From Promethearchaeota archaeon (GTDB taxonomy: Archaea; Asgardarchaeota; Thorarchaeia; Thorarchaeales; Thorarchaeaceae): a DNA stretch of 64,000 nucleotides. The notes beneath the pieces are model-generated. The model was given only the letters and a program-made list of their open reading frames with translations, was not told the DNA's origin and did no database searches. Position 1 is the first letter of the stretch. Each line of letters starts with the position of its first letter. Both the position numbers and the translations under genes were made by a program. This document shows positions 26,876-36,625 of this stretch, one piece after another. Location of the stretch: assembly GCA_014728035.1 (NCBI GenBank), contig WJMJ01000022.1:83608-147607 (forward strand). Reading direction: 5' to 3'.

Positions 26876-27781
26876 ATGGAGTTAATACCAGTGGAGATTG
26901 TTGTTGTAGGTCATCTAAGCCGTGATCTTATTATCACACCTGAAGCTGAACGTGAAAGCTTGGGTGGAGCTCCTGCATATGCAATGATAGCACCATCTAT
27001 TGGTGCACTAGGAGCTGGGATCGTGACTCGTATCGGTACAGATTTCGAGCAATCATATCTGGATGATCTCCACGATGGGGGACTCGACCTTACTGGCCTA
27101 CGTACTAGCCAAGGTTCTTCTACACGATTTGTGAATATCTACGATGAGAAAGGAAATAGAACCCAAAGGGTCTCATCTCTAGCTCCACCAATTCATGGAT
27201 ATGATTATTTACCGCGTCATCTGGGTGCATCCATTTTCCATTTTGCACCTCTTACTTCCGAGGAGATTCATATATCCTGTATTGAAACAGCTAAGAGTTC
27301 TGGTGCTTTGGTATCGCTTGATGTTCAGGGATATCTCAGAGAGGTTCAAAATGAGGAGGTCTTGCTAACACCCTGGGACTATCCTGATGAAGTTCTTAGA
27401 TTTGTGGATATTGTAAAAGCTGAAGAAACCGAACTGGAATATCTTTCAGATGCAAAGACCGAGGTTTCAGCAATCTCCCGGATAGTTAGTTTAGGCCCTA
27501 GGATTGTAATCATTACTCGTAGCCAGAAAGGATCGACAATTTATACCAGAAATAACCATGTTGACATCCCCTTAGTTTTAGCTAACAAATTTGTTGACAG
27601 CACCGGATGTGGGGACGTATACTCGATCAGTTTTCTTCTGGAATATATGAGAACCGGGGATGTAGGAAAAGCCGGACTATTTGGAGCGACGTGTGCATCC
27701 TTTAATCTCGAAACACAGGGCCCGTACAATCTCCCTACTAGAGACCAGGTAGAGGAACGGATGAAACCCTATCATGCCTGA
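26876..27781 (+). CDS. PfkB/ribokinase-family kinase
   Basis: VGHLSRD, GGAPAY, IGTDF, LDVQG, IITRSQKGS, DSTGCGD. Confidence 0.9.
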   Translation: MELIPVEIVVVGHLSRDLIITPEAERESLGGAPAYAMIAPSIGALGAGIVTRIGTDFEQSYLDDLHDGGLDLTGLRTSQGSSTRFVNIYDEKGNRTQRVSSLAPPIHGYDYLPRHLGASIFHFAPLTSEEIHISCIETAKSSGALVSLDVQGYLREVQNEEVLLTPWDYPDEVLRFVDIVKAEETELEYLSDAKTEVSAISRIVSLGPRIVIITRSQKGSTIYTRNNHVDIPLVLANKFVDSTGCGDVYSISFLLEYMRTGDVGKAGLFGATCASFNLETQGPYNLPTRDQVEERMKPYHA

Positions 27782-27830
27782 ATGCGAAGTATTTTTCATA
27801 TGTATTTACTCACTGTAGACTCGTCATTAG

Positions 27831-29024
27831 GTGACTTGGATGCTAGAGGATTTCGACCAATTCATGGAAGATGCTGGTATTGATGCATTTGTATGTGAAG
27901 GAAACGCTTTCGAGGTTTCTGATATTGTTTGGCTAACTGGCTTTCGTTCAACGGATTCTGTAACTTACTTCAAAAACATTCACGATAAGGGAATTGTTGC
28001 AACCGGGTTCAAAACATATGATAGAGTACAGAAAGAGAGCTTCATCAAAGAGTTCCACGATCTTACTCCCATCTATAAAGATTTGATACGAGAAAAGAAA
28101 CGAGCCTATGAAAACCCAGATGTCATCTATGAAGATATTCTCAAGACTCATTTTACGGGCAGTATTATTGGTGTGCCCGACCATCTTCCTGCTAGAGTAC
28201 TTGTCGCAATCCAACAATTGGGTTATGATGTCAAAGTAGTTCCAAAGCTCTTGAAAAAAGCACGAGCAACTAAATCTCCATCGGAGATTGATATAATCAA
28301 AAAAGCTGGAAAATCTACAACATCTGCTATAGGCCGTATTGTTGAAATGATCAAAGATTCGACTATTGGCACCAATAACTCACTAGTAGTAGATGGGGAG
28401 CCACTCACTGTTGGAAGAGTAAAACTTGCTCTTGAACACTACTTATTGGACCAAGGTGCTGAGTCTGCTGAAGATGCAATTGTCGCAGTAGGAGCTAAAG
28501 CTTTTGATTGGCATTATCTTGGAAAACCAGAGGATGTACTCAAAGCACATGTTCCAATAATCATCGATGTGTTTCCACGATTAAAGTATGAGCGATATGT
28601 GGCAGATGTAACAAGGACTATTGTTAAAGGGTCTGTGAGTGAACCTGTTCAGAAAATGTTTGATGCAGTATATGATGCATTAGTATCCTCAATTGACAGC
28701 CTCTCGGATGGAGCGAAAATTGATGATGTTAACATGGCTTGTTTTGAAACTCTCAAACGTCATGGATATGATTCTAGTAGGTTGAACATTGATGCGGTTG
28801 ATGGTATGACTCATGGATTGGGCCATGGTATTGGACTGGATGTCCATGAAGAACCCAGTATGTATCGGTATGAAGACTATTTTACTAAGGGTAATGTAAT
28901 GGCTATAGAGCCTGGTGTGTATTTGAAGGGGGTTGGTGGAGTTCGCATCGAAAATGACTATGCTGTGTCTAGTAGTGGTGCTGAGAGATTAACTGTTGAT
29001 TTGGAAGATATCATTCATGTCTAA
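27831..29024 (+). CDS. Xaa-Pro aminopeptidase/prolidase (M24B)
   Basis: RATKSPSEI, IID, YVADVTRT, HGLGHGIGLDVHE, IEPGVY, GGVRIEND. Confidence 0.92.
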   Translation: MTWMLEDFDQFMEDAGIDAFVCEGNAFEVSDIVWLTGFRSTDSVTYFKNIHDKGIVATGFKTYDRVQKESFIKEFHDLTPIYKDLIREKKRAYENPDVIYEDILKTHFTGSIIGVPDHLPARVLVAIQQLGYDVKVVPKLLKKARATKSPSEIDIIKKAGKSTTSAIGRIVEMIKDSTIGTNNSLVVDGEPLTVGRVKLALEHYLLDQGAESAEDAIVAVGAKAFDWHYLGKPEDVLKAHVPIIIDVFPRLKYERYVADVTRTIVKGSVSEPVQKMFDAVYDALVSSIDSLSDGAKIDDVNMACFETLKRHGYDSSRLNIDAVDGMTHGLGHGIGLDVHEEPSMYRYEDYFTKGNVMAIEPGVYLKGVGGVRIENDYAVSSSGAERLTVDLEDIIHV

Positions 29025-29025
29025 A

Positions 29026-30111
29026 TCACTGGTAACTCAAAGCGAAATATGGACAGACAGAAATACACATCCCACAAGCTTCACAGGCCTCAGAATCTAT
29101 GTGTAATATTTTCTGCTCTCTATCTGCTGTTATTGCTCCGTATACACACGACTTTACACATAATCCACAAACGGTACATTTTTCGTGGTCAATCATTGGT
29201 GGCGGTTGTAACTTGGTGAGCTTCTTCAATGCGACGCCTCGAATTTCGTCAATTGAATCGTAATCATGAACATTAAGCCAGACTTCTGTTTCATTGGCGA
29301 TTCTACCATAGATTGTATGTCCCTCTAGTATGGCCGCAGTACATACCTGTACAGCTGAAGCACCTGCCATCACAAACTCGATGACATCTTCTCCAGAAGA
29401 TACACCTCCAACTCCTATAACTGGGATATCTACTGCTTTTGAAATGTCAGCTACACATCTTAGTGCGATAGGCTTGAGTGCTGATCCACTAAGCCATCCT
29501 TGACCCATGTCTCCTCCAAGCATTGGCTGACCTGTTTCAATATCAATTCTCAAACAAGGCCCATATGTATTGATTGCAACAATTCCATCAACATACTTCT
29601 CTAGCGATTTTGCTACTTCTGTAACATCTACTTTAGGACTCAACTTTGCGAATATTGGTGTGTTGACCGATTCCCGCAACGCCTTGGCTATCTCTACGTG
29701 TCCTCCTACATAGTGAGTACTAAACTCAATAGCTTCAACTCCGGCTTTCTCCATCTTTGGAGCTAACTTAGAGACTTCTTCTGGTGTGTATCCAACACTT
29801 GCAATCAGCGGTAGGCCAGAGCTCTTCGCAATTGCATACTCTTTCTCAATCCATTGTTCAGGTGGTAATTCGCTCCAGAGTTCCGTGTTTAACATCCCTC
29901 TTCTTGATGGAACTCTTCCTCTTCCTATCGCTGCCATATTTGGCCTTGGCACTTCAGCACCCTTGACACTAATCGTCTTTGCAACCAGTCCTCCAACTCC
30001 TCCTGTTGCAGCAGTAAGAAGTGTCATACCATCTCGTGATGTTGGTCCGGCAGCAGTCAGAACCGGATTGCGAAATTGCAAACCTGCTATTTCAACGCGG
30101 ATATTTGCCAT
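29026..30111 (-). CDS. Dihydroorotate/dihydropyrimidine dehydrogenase (PreA-like) FMN protein with C-terminal 2x[4Fe-4S]
   Basis: NPVLTAAGP, VAKT, NTELWSE, AKLSP, AINT, GWLSG..LKPIAL, IGVGGV, GASAVQVCT, two CxxCxxCxxxC. Confidence 0.87.
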   Translation of the reverse strand: MANIRVEIAGLQFRNPVLTAAGPTSRDGMTLLTAATGGVGGLVAKTISVKGAEVPRPNMAAIGRGRVPSRRGMLNTELWSELPPEQWIEKEYAIAKSSGLPLIASVGYTPEEVSKLAPKMEKAGVEAIEFSTHYVGGHVEIAKALRESVNTPIFAKLSPKVDVTEVAKSLEKYVDGIVAINTYGPCLRIDIETGQPMLGGDMGQGWLSGSALKPIALRCVADISKAVDIPVIGVGGVSSGEDVIEFVMAGASAVQVCTAAILEGHTIYGRIANETEVWLNVHDYDSIDEIRGVALKKLTKLQPPPMIDHEKCTVCGLCVKSCVYGAITADREQKILHIDSEACEACGMCISVCPYFALSYQ

Positions 30112-30220
30112 AGTTATTGTATGGAGTTCGACAACATAAGAATTAGGTATCGTTGCTTTTGATTAAAGGATGAAAATATTTATTTGCTAATAGCTTAAGA
30201 AATGGGTAAAGGGGAGAATT

Positions 30221-30574
30221 ATGTCAATTTCTCAAAAACCACATCTGACCATCGGTGATGTTGTAACCAGATTAAGGAATGATATACTAACACCAACTTC
30301 GGTTCGGAAATACATCAGAATTATTGAACGTGAATGGTTCATTTGTGAAGAGCGGAGAGGTGCATATAATCCCATTACTTTGGAATTACGAAACCTTCGT
30401 CAATTCTTGGAACGCAAAATTATTCCACTTATGGAGATGGATGAACAAAGTATGAAAGAAGGTACTCCAGAACAATTACTGGAAACCTATATCTTGCGTA
30501 GTTTGTCCGCACAAACTTTGGCACGAGTATTGATTCAAGCTAGTCCTAGAGATATTCGTGGTATGTTAGAATAG
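30221..30574 (+). CDS. Hypothetical protein
   Basis: 117-aa ORF with GGGGAG SD, fills the gap between two minus-strand genes. Confidence 0.6.
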   Translation: MSISQKPHLTIGDVVTRLRNDILTPTSVRKYIRIIEREWFICEERRGAYNPITLELRNLRQFLERKIIPLMEMDEQSMKEGTPEQLLETYILRSLSAQTLARVLIQASPRDIRGMLE

Positions 30575-30575
30575 T

Positions 30576-32513
30576 CTAGTTTGCTAACATACCTCTCTTT
30601 TCCAAATCCTTTACAACAAAGTCAAGATCAAGGCTTTCAAGGACCGATTTCTTTGGAAATCCAGTTTCTTTATCGCAGCCTCTGAACTCATAATATTCGT
30701 CTAGCATATAATCCAGATCAGGGAGTCCTCCTTTTGATGGCCCGGTTGGCATTGGTTCTTTGAGAAGTCTTCTTGGGAGAGTTTCTTCTTTTCTGGTAAT
30801 TCCCAGTCTGTGATTATATGCACGTCTGAGATGGCTAATTCTATCCGCAGCACGACGCACATATTTCACATCACCCCATTCTTCCATACCTGTAAGGGAT
30901 GGTAGAACATTAGCAAAAGTATCAAAGTAAAATATTGGTGGCCACATTGTGCCGTACTTGCAGATAACTGCAGAATCTGTAATGGCGTAGAGGTTTTCAA
31001 TATCGTATACAACCAGTCCTTTGTGAACCGGTGACATGATCTCTTGAATCTCATCAGCTTTTTCTTTTCCGAATCGACGAATAGAAATCTCTGGAAATCC
31101 TAACTCCTCCAGACTTGATAGACTTCTAAGGTGGTCTGCGCCCCGTACATTCACTGCATAGGTGAGACCAATAGATTGGTGAGCTCGTGGATCCTGTCCA
31201 GATGCTTCCAATCCTTTAGAATGAATTGCATATTTCCATGCATCTCCTCCAATAATCTCCGCAGCCTTTCGTGTGCCTTTAGATAGCAATTCTCCAATCC
31301 CTTTCTCTCTTCTTGCTATCTTTTCAATCAGAGCATTCATTGAATCAACATTGCCCCATGATAGATCAAGACCGTCAGTGTCCTTTTCAGTAAGAATACC
31401 TCTCTCCCAAAGTTCCATGGCAAAACTGATGGTCTTTCCACAGGAGATGGTATCCATTCCAAGCAGGTCACATCTATGACCTTGGTAAAATACCGCTTCA
31501 ACATCACCATTCAAGCAGTTTGATCCGAATGCCATTAGAGTTTCATATTCTGGTCCACCAGCTGGCCCCCCAGCAAATTTTCCTTCATTTACTCGGTATA
31601 CATATTTGCAACCGATTCCACATCCATGGCATGCTTCCTGTGCAACACGATATTTTTCAGCTATAAGCTCGGGGCCGATTGATTCAGCATCTTCAAAGAA
31701 TCCAGTCCAATGATTTTTAGTTGGAAGGCGTCCTATCTCATTAATCATTGCAACAAGGTCTGTAGTTCCATAATCTCTTAGACTCTTCAGGAAGTCTTTC
31801 CATAGTGGGTCATTTAGCCGTTCCATCTCTTGTTCATTAGCAGTGAGATATGCATCCATATCATGCGCTTCCAGACCAAGAGAACCTCTTGCAGCAAGTG
31901 CTTTCACATTTTTGGAGCCTAGTACTGTTCCGAGACCTGTTCTCCCAGCAGCTCGATAGTAATCAACAATTATTGCTCCGTAGAGGACTCCATTCTCTCC
32001 TGCAGGACCAATAGCTGCAGTTTCAATTGCAGGGTCTCTATGCTCTTCTCTGATCATGTCAGTTGTTTCAGCAGTTTCTCTTCCCCACAATTTAGAAGCA
32101 TCACGTAATTCTGCTTTCCCATCATTTAACCATAGGTAGACTGGTTTCGGTGACCTGCCATTGAAAATGACAAAATCAAACCCTGCATATTTTATCTCTG
32201 GCCCCAGAAAACCACCAACATGGCTCTCAGCCCATATACCCGTAAGAGGGCTCATTCCAGAGAACATCATTCTACCAGAAGGTGAGAACATCACACCTGT
32301 TAGAGGCCCAGTTCCTACTATCAAAATATTGTCCGGTGAAAGTGGGTCGGTGTCAGGTCCAGTTCTATCCCAGAGTATTTTTGAGGCAATACCTGTTCCT
32401 CCAAGATAGAGTCTTGCCCATTCTTTTTCCATCTCTTTCTTGTGAATTTTTCCTTTTGTCAAATCAACATCCAAATAGTAACCTGCATAGCCCTTGTATG
32501 GAAAGCTTCCCAT
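30576..32513 (-). CDS. Tungsten-dependent aldehyde:ferredoxin oxidoreductase family protein (AOR-2)
   Basis: SPLTG, ESHVGG, IGPAGEN, GRTGLGTVLGSKN, CHGCGIGC, GPEYET, CDLLGMDTIS, RGADH. Confidence 0.94.
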   Translation of the reverse strand: MGSFPYKGYAGYYLDVDLTKGKIHKKEMEKEWARLYLGGTGIASKILWDRTGPDTDPLSPDNILIVGTGPLTGVMFSPSGRMMFSGMSPLTGIWAESHVGGFLGPEIKYAGFDFVIFNGRSPKPVYLWLNDGKAELRDASKLWGRETAETTDMIREEHRDPAIETAAIGPAGENGVLYGAIIVDYYRAAGRTGLGTVLGSKNVKALAARGSLGLEAHDMDAYLTANEQEMERLNDPLWKDFLKSLRDYGTTDLVAMINEIGRLPTKNHWTGFFEDAESIGPELIAEKYRVAQEACHGCGIGCKYVYRVNEGKFAGGPAGGPEYETLMAFGSNCLNGDVEAVFYQGHRCDLLGMDTISCGKTISFAMELWERGILTEKDTDGLDLSWGNVDSMNALIEKIARREKGIGELLSKGTRKAAEIIGGDAWKYAIHSKGLEASGQDPRAHQSIGLTYAVNVRGADHLRSLSSLEELGFPEISIRRFGKEKADEIQEIMSPVHKGLVVYDIENLYAITDSAVICKYGTMWPPIFYFDTFANVLPSLTGMEEWGDVKYVRRAADRISHLRRAYNHRLGITRKEETLPRRLLKEPMPTGPSKGGLPDLDYMLDEYYEFRGCDKETGFPKKSVLESLDLDFVVKDLEKRGMLAN

Positions 32514-33013
32514 TACTCTGATACCTCCTGTGTCCGTATGCTTGTTGACAGCTGTTCCATTCCCTTGGCCCTTTCGCTTCTTCCTTTCTCTTCTGAAACC
32601 AATGAGATCACTCCGTACTCACATGCAGTTATACAGGCAGGATCCCCGTCGCAGAGATCGCATTTGATTGCCTTTCTGGCAACTGGATCTATCACTATTC
32701 CTCCATAGATACAAGCTGAAACACAATTTCCACATCCGATGCATTCCTCATGATTTACTGTCAAAACACCCGATGAATTCAAAATAATCGCATTCGTAGG
32801 ACAAGCTTCAGCACAGAGTGGCTCATCACACTGCAGACAGACCATCGGAATAATCAGTCCTTTGTGTTCTTTTTTGAGAATCTGTATTCTTGACCTTGCT
32901 GGGTTGAATGATGTGGCATTCCGGGTAGAGCAAGCTAATTCACAATTTCTGCAGCCCGTACAGCGTTGGGCATCAATTACTAGGAGGTTTTTCAAAGGGG
33001 GTAACTCCGTCAA
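32513..33013 (-). CDS. 4Fe-4S polyferredoxin subunit (AorA/DmsB-like)
   Basis: CTGCRNCELAC, CLQCDEPLCAEACP, CIGCGNCVSAC, KCDLCDGDPACITAC. Confidence 0.9.
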   Translation of the reverse strand: MTELPPLKNLLVIDAQRCTGCRNCELACSTRNATSFNPARSRIQILKKEHKGLIIPMVCLQCDEPLCAEACPTNAIILNSSGVLTVNHEECIGCGNCVSACIYGGIVIDPVARKAIKCDLCDGDPACITACEYGVISLVSEEKGRSERAKGMEQLSTSIRTQEVSE

Positions 33014-33142
33014 CAGGTTTTCAGTATTCCTTTTTCTTCCACTTTAATTTGTTGTTATGCTTCTAATAACCATGTCAACATGATTTATTGATTCCTTCGC
33101 CTGTATGTTTCCAAAGGAAAACTATTAGAGTCACGCATTCAC

Positions 33143-33217
33143 TTTTATAACTAGGCAAAATATGTCGGTTTGACAATCTTATCTGCAACGGTTGCAACAG
33201 CTGTCAAAAACTTGACA
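33143..33217. promoter_or_regulatory. TATA box plus clustered inverted repeats upstream of the AOR-2 operon
   Basis: TTATAAAA (minus strand, 33150-33143); TGTC-ggttt-GACA 33163-33175; TGCAAC-g-GTTGCA 33184-33196; TGTCAA-aaac-TTGACA 33202-33217. Confidence 0.45.
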
Positions 33218-33381
33218 TTGTTGGACATGACCTGATAGGAGTCTATATGTATTAATACTGAGTGAAGGTCTGGTCGAATGACATAGCATCGCTGACCACG
33301 ACTAAATCAACTCCAGTACCGCTCCTGGAGGGACAACACTTAGATGTCCAAGTTTGTTCAACTAAAAATGAACGGTAAATA

Positions 33382-35175
33382 ATGAATACTACAACTCCCC
33401 TCGACTCGACAAAAAAATCGTTTGACAGACAAAAATTTCATGAAGTAGCGGAAAGTATGCAAATCGCAGTCCTTGATTTCAATATGGACTTGGAATTAAT
33501 TTATGCAAATCCAATAGCAATGGACATTTTTGATTTTGATGAGAAAAAGTTGGATGAATGTATTTCCTTCAAGGAATTGGTGGTGCCTGAACAAGTTCAG
33601 AATATCGAAGCCACATTCAATCGACTTATCTCCGGGGAGGAACCACAATCAATGACAATTCGAGCTATCACAAGGAACGATGTTCATATCCCCTTCCAAG
33701 TTACTCCTGAACTTATATTGGAGGATGGAGAGCCAATTGGTATCATTATTTATGCAATTGACCTCTCTACCCGGGTAGCAACTGACCACGCGATGATGGA
33801 AAGAGCTGAATATTTTCGTCTCATTGTTGAATATTCTAGTTTTGCTGGTATGGTAATTATCGATGACCAGTATCACTTTGAATGGTTTAATGACAAATTT
33901 TGTGAAATCCTAGGATACTCTCGTCAAGAGTTGATTCAGAAAGATTTCCGTGAAGTGCTGCATCCTGATAGTCTTGAGCTAACCGCTGATAGATACCGTA
34001 GACGGCAACAAGGAGAATCTGTACCCCCAGTCTATGAGATCAAAGTTATCCGGAAAGATGGAAGCATCAGGGAAGTTATTCTTAGTAGCAAAATCTACAA
34101 GAGTGGTAAAGGCCTCAAATCTGTTGCTCAAGTATTAGATGTAACTGAACAGAAACAACAACGTCGAGCACTCGAAAAGAGCGAACGTCGCTATAGAACT
34201 CTTGTTGAAACTATTATTGCTGGCTTGGGTATTGATGATGCAAATGGTATAATTATCTACGCAAATGAGACCCTAAGCAGAATGACTGGATATACAACTC
34301 AGGAATTAGTTGGTATGAAAGGCTCTACGCTTGTTCATGAGCTGACACCTGATCGAATACAATCTCGTCGCGAGGGCAAATTCGAACAATATGAAGCACA
34401 TCTCGTAACCAAATCCGGAACTCTTGTACCAGTCATTGTTTCAGCATCGCCTTTGATGGACTCTGAAAATAACTTTGAAGGGTCTTTTGCAATTTTTACT
34501 GATATATCTCAACTCAAATCTGTAGAAGATGAGGTCCGTTTTCTGTTAGATTTGATTTTACACGATATTGGAAATCAACTCCAGCTAATCATTGCAGGTA
34601 GTGGACTAATAGAGGGCGATGCACCAGAGGAAATTCTCCTTCGTGCAAAAGAATACATTCTAGATGGTGCACATCGTAGCCTTGATTTGATTACAAAGGT
34701 TCGGGGTGCGGAACAAGCGAAAACTGAATCCCTTACTCCAATTGATATCACAGAGGTCATTGAATCGGAGTCAATGCTTCTCTGGAGACAACATGGAGTG
34801 ATGCCTGACATAACTGGAGTACCCAATAGTCTGATGGTCTTGGCTGATGGAGCAGTGAATCATCTCATTTGGAATATTCTGGAGAATGCAGTAAAACACA
34901 ATACCAGTTCAGACCCAGAAGTATGGATTGAAGGATTCATTGAAGATGATTGCTTTCTACTTGAAATATCTGATAATGGACCAGGTCTCGATGAGGAAAA
35001 ACGAAACCGACTCTTTGATGTTCATAGACGATATGGTGGTGTTGGTCTCCACATTGTGCGGCGATTAGCAGAGAAATATTGTTCTCTTCCAGAAGTGTCT
35101 GACCGTATTGATGGCCACCCTGGAGAGGGCTTGACAATAAGACTCAGATTTCATTTGGCTAAAGACGAACCATAA
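33382..35175 (+). CDS. Cytoplasmic sensor histidine kinase with three PAS domains
   Basis: Three PAS repeats (YANP, WFNDKFCEILGYS, YANETLSRMTGYT), H-box LHDIGNQL, N-box NILENAVKH, DNGPG, GVGL. Confidence 0.93.
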   Translation: MNTTTPLDSTKKSFDRQKFHEVAESMQIAVLDFNMDLELIYANPIAMDIFDFDEKKLDECISFKELVVPEQVQNIEATFNRLISGEEPQSMTIRAITRNDVHIPFQVTPELILEDGEPIGIIIYAIDLSTRVATDHAMMERAEYFRLIVEYSSFAGMVIIDDQYHFEWFNDKFCEILGYSRQELIQKDFREVLHPDSLELTADRYRRRQQGESVPPVYEIKVIRKDGSIREVILSSKIYKSGKGLKSVAQVLDVTEQKQQRRALEKSERRYRTLVETIIAGLGIDDANGIIIYANETLSRMTGYTTQELVGMKGSTLVHELTPDRIQSRREGKFEQYEAHLVTKSGTLVPVIVSASPLMDSENNFEGSFAIFTDISQLKSVEDEVRFLLDLILHDIGNQLQLIIAGSGLIEGDAPEEILLRAKEYILDGAHRSLDLITKVRGAEQAKTESLTPIDITEVIESESMLLWRQHGVMPDITGVPNSLMVLADGAVNHLIWNILENAVKHNTSSDPEVWIEGFIEDDCFLLEISDNGPGLDEEKRNRLFDVHRRYGGVGLHIVRRLAEKYCSLPEVSDRIDGHPGEGLTIRLRFHLAKDEP

Positions 35176-35226
35176 TTGTTATGATGTACCTTTACTAATA
35201 GACTACTCCTACCGGAGGTATATCAT

Positions 35227-36618
35227 TTGGACTCGTTTGAATCAATCCTCATCAAAAATGGCTATGTGCTGACTATAGACCCTAAGCGAAGAATTCTTCC
35301 GAAAGGAAATATCCGAATTGAAGGAAATAAGATTACTGAAGTATCAAAATCTCCTTCTAATGATGCAGAACTTGTGATTGATGCATCTGGAAAAATAGTC
35401 ATGCCTGGACTTATTGATACCCATGTGCATTTAGCTCAGGCATTAATTCGAGGATGTGCTGATGATGTATCTCTGGTTGATTGGTTGAAGAATTATGTGT
35501 GGGTTCTTCAAGGTAATTTCACCCATGCTGACGGAAAAGCCTCCGCAGAATTGTGCATGGCTGAAATGATTCGTACTGGTACTACTGGTTTCATCGAATG
35601 TATGATTCACTCAAGGTATGGATTTGATGGAATTGCCAAATCTGTTGAAAAAATCGGGATGCGTGCAGCTCTTTCCAAGATTATTATGGATTCAACTGGA
35701 TATGCTGATAGTCCTGACATCATGTACCCTGGAATGGTAGAATCAGCTGGAGACTGCCTACAGGAAACTGAGGCTATGCTTAAGAAATGGCAATGGGATG
35801 CAAATGGGCGTATTCAGGTATGGTATGGACTTAGGTCTCTTGGAGCAGTTTCTGATAGTCTGTTCAAGCAGGTTGTTCAACTTGCCCGTAAACATAAGAC
35901 CCGTATGACCATGCATCTTGGCGAAGTACCTGATGATGTCAGATATGTACAGGAAAATCATGGTACCAATCTGGTAGGATTTGCTCGCAAGCTTGGACTA
36001 CTGGGAGATGATATGGTTTTTGCTCATGGTATCCATTTTGAAGATCAAGAAATACAAGAACTAGCAGCTACCCAATCGAATATCTCTCATTGCCCTGCTA
36101 GTAATATGAAACTTGCATCAGGATTTGCAAAGGTACCAGAGATGCTTGAGCATGGGGTTCCTGTTTCCCTTGGATGTGATGGAGGACCTAGCAATAATAC
36201 ATATGACATGATTCGTGAGATGCGACTCGCAGCTCTGATACATAAACCTCGAGTTAATGATCCGACTGTTGTTAGTGCTGAACAAGTTATTGAGATGGCT
36301 ACTCTCGGTGGTGCTAAGGCTCTTGGTTTAGGTGACGAATTGGGATCTTTAGAACAAGGAAAACTTGCTGACATTATTTTGGTTGATATGCGCCATCTTA
36401 ATCTAACACCAAATACCAATCCAGTTTCTAATCTTGTATACGCTGGGTCTGGGAATGATGTTGACACAGTAATTGTAGATGGTAAGATCCTCTTACGAGA
36501 TAAGGAACATCTCACTCTCGACCGAGATGCGGTTATGGTTAAAGCAGAAAAACACGCAGTTGATTTGATAGAAAGAGCAGAAGTCGAGATAGAACCAAAA
36601 TGGCCTATCTTCGACTGA
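35227..36618 (+). CDS. Amidohydrolase, MTA/SAH/purine-deaminase (MtaD/SsnA/AtzA-like) family
   Basis: PGLIDTHVH, GTT, MHLGE, AHG, HCPASNMKLASG, LGCDG..SNN, GSLEQGKLADI. Confidence 0.9.
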   Translation: MDSFESILIKNGYVLTIDPKRRILPKGNIRIEGNKITEVSKSPSNDAELVIDASGKIVMPGLIDTHVHLAQALIRGCADDVSLVDWLKNYVWVLQGNFTHADGKASAELCMAEMIRTGTTGFIECMIHSRYGFDGIAKSVEKIGMRAALSKIIMDSTGYADSPDIMYPGMVESAGDCLQETEAMLKKWQWDANGRIQVWYGLRSLGAVSDSLFKQVVQLARKHKTRMTMHLGEVPDDVRYVQENHGTNLVGFARKLGLLGDDMVFAHGIHFEDQEIQELAATQSNISHCPASNMKLASGFAKVPEMLEHGVPVSLGCDGGPSNNTYDMIREMRLAALIHKPRVNDPTVVSAEQVIEMATLGGAKALGLGDELGSLEQGKLADIILVDMRHLNLTPNTNPVSNLVYAGSGNDVDTVIVDGKILLRDKEHLTLDRDAVMVKAEKHAVDLIERAEVEIEPKWPIFD

Positions 36619-36625
36619 TATTGAA

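Noticed and set aside
25115-30111. Calling the amidohydrolase pyrC/allB and the FMN protein pyrD/preA
   Set aside because: Family is clear but specificity is not: no other pyr genes are adjacent and the FMN protein lacks the catalytic Cys
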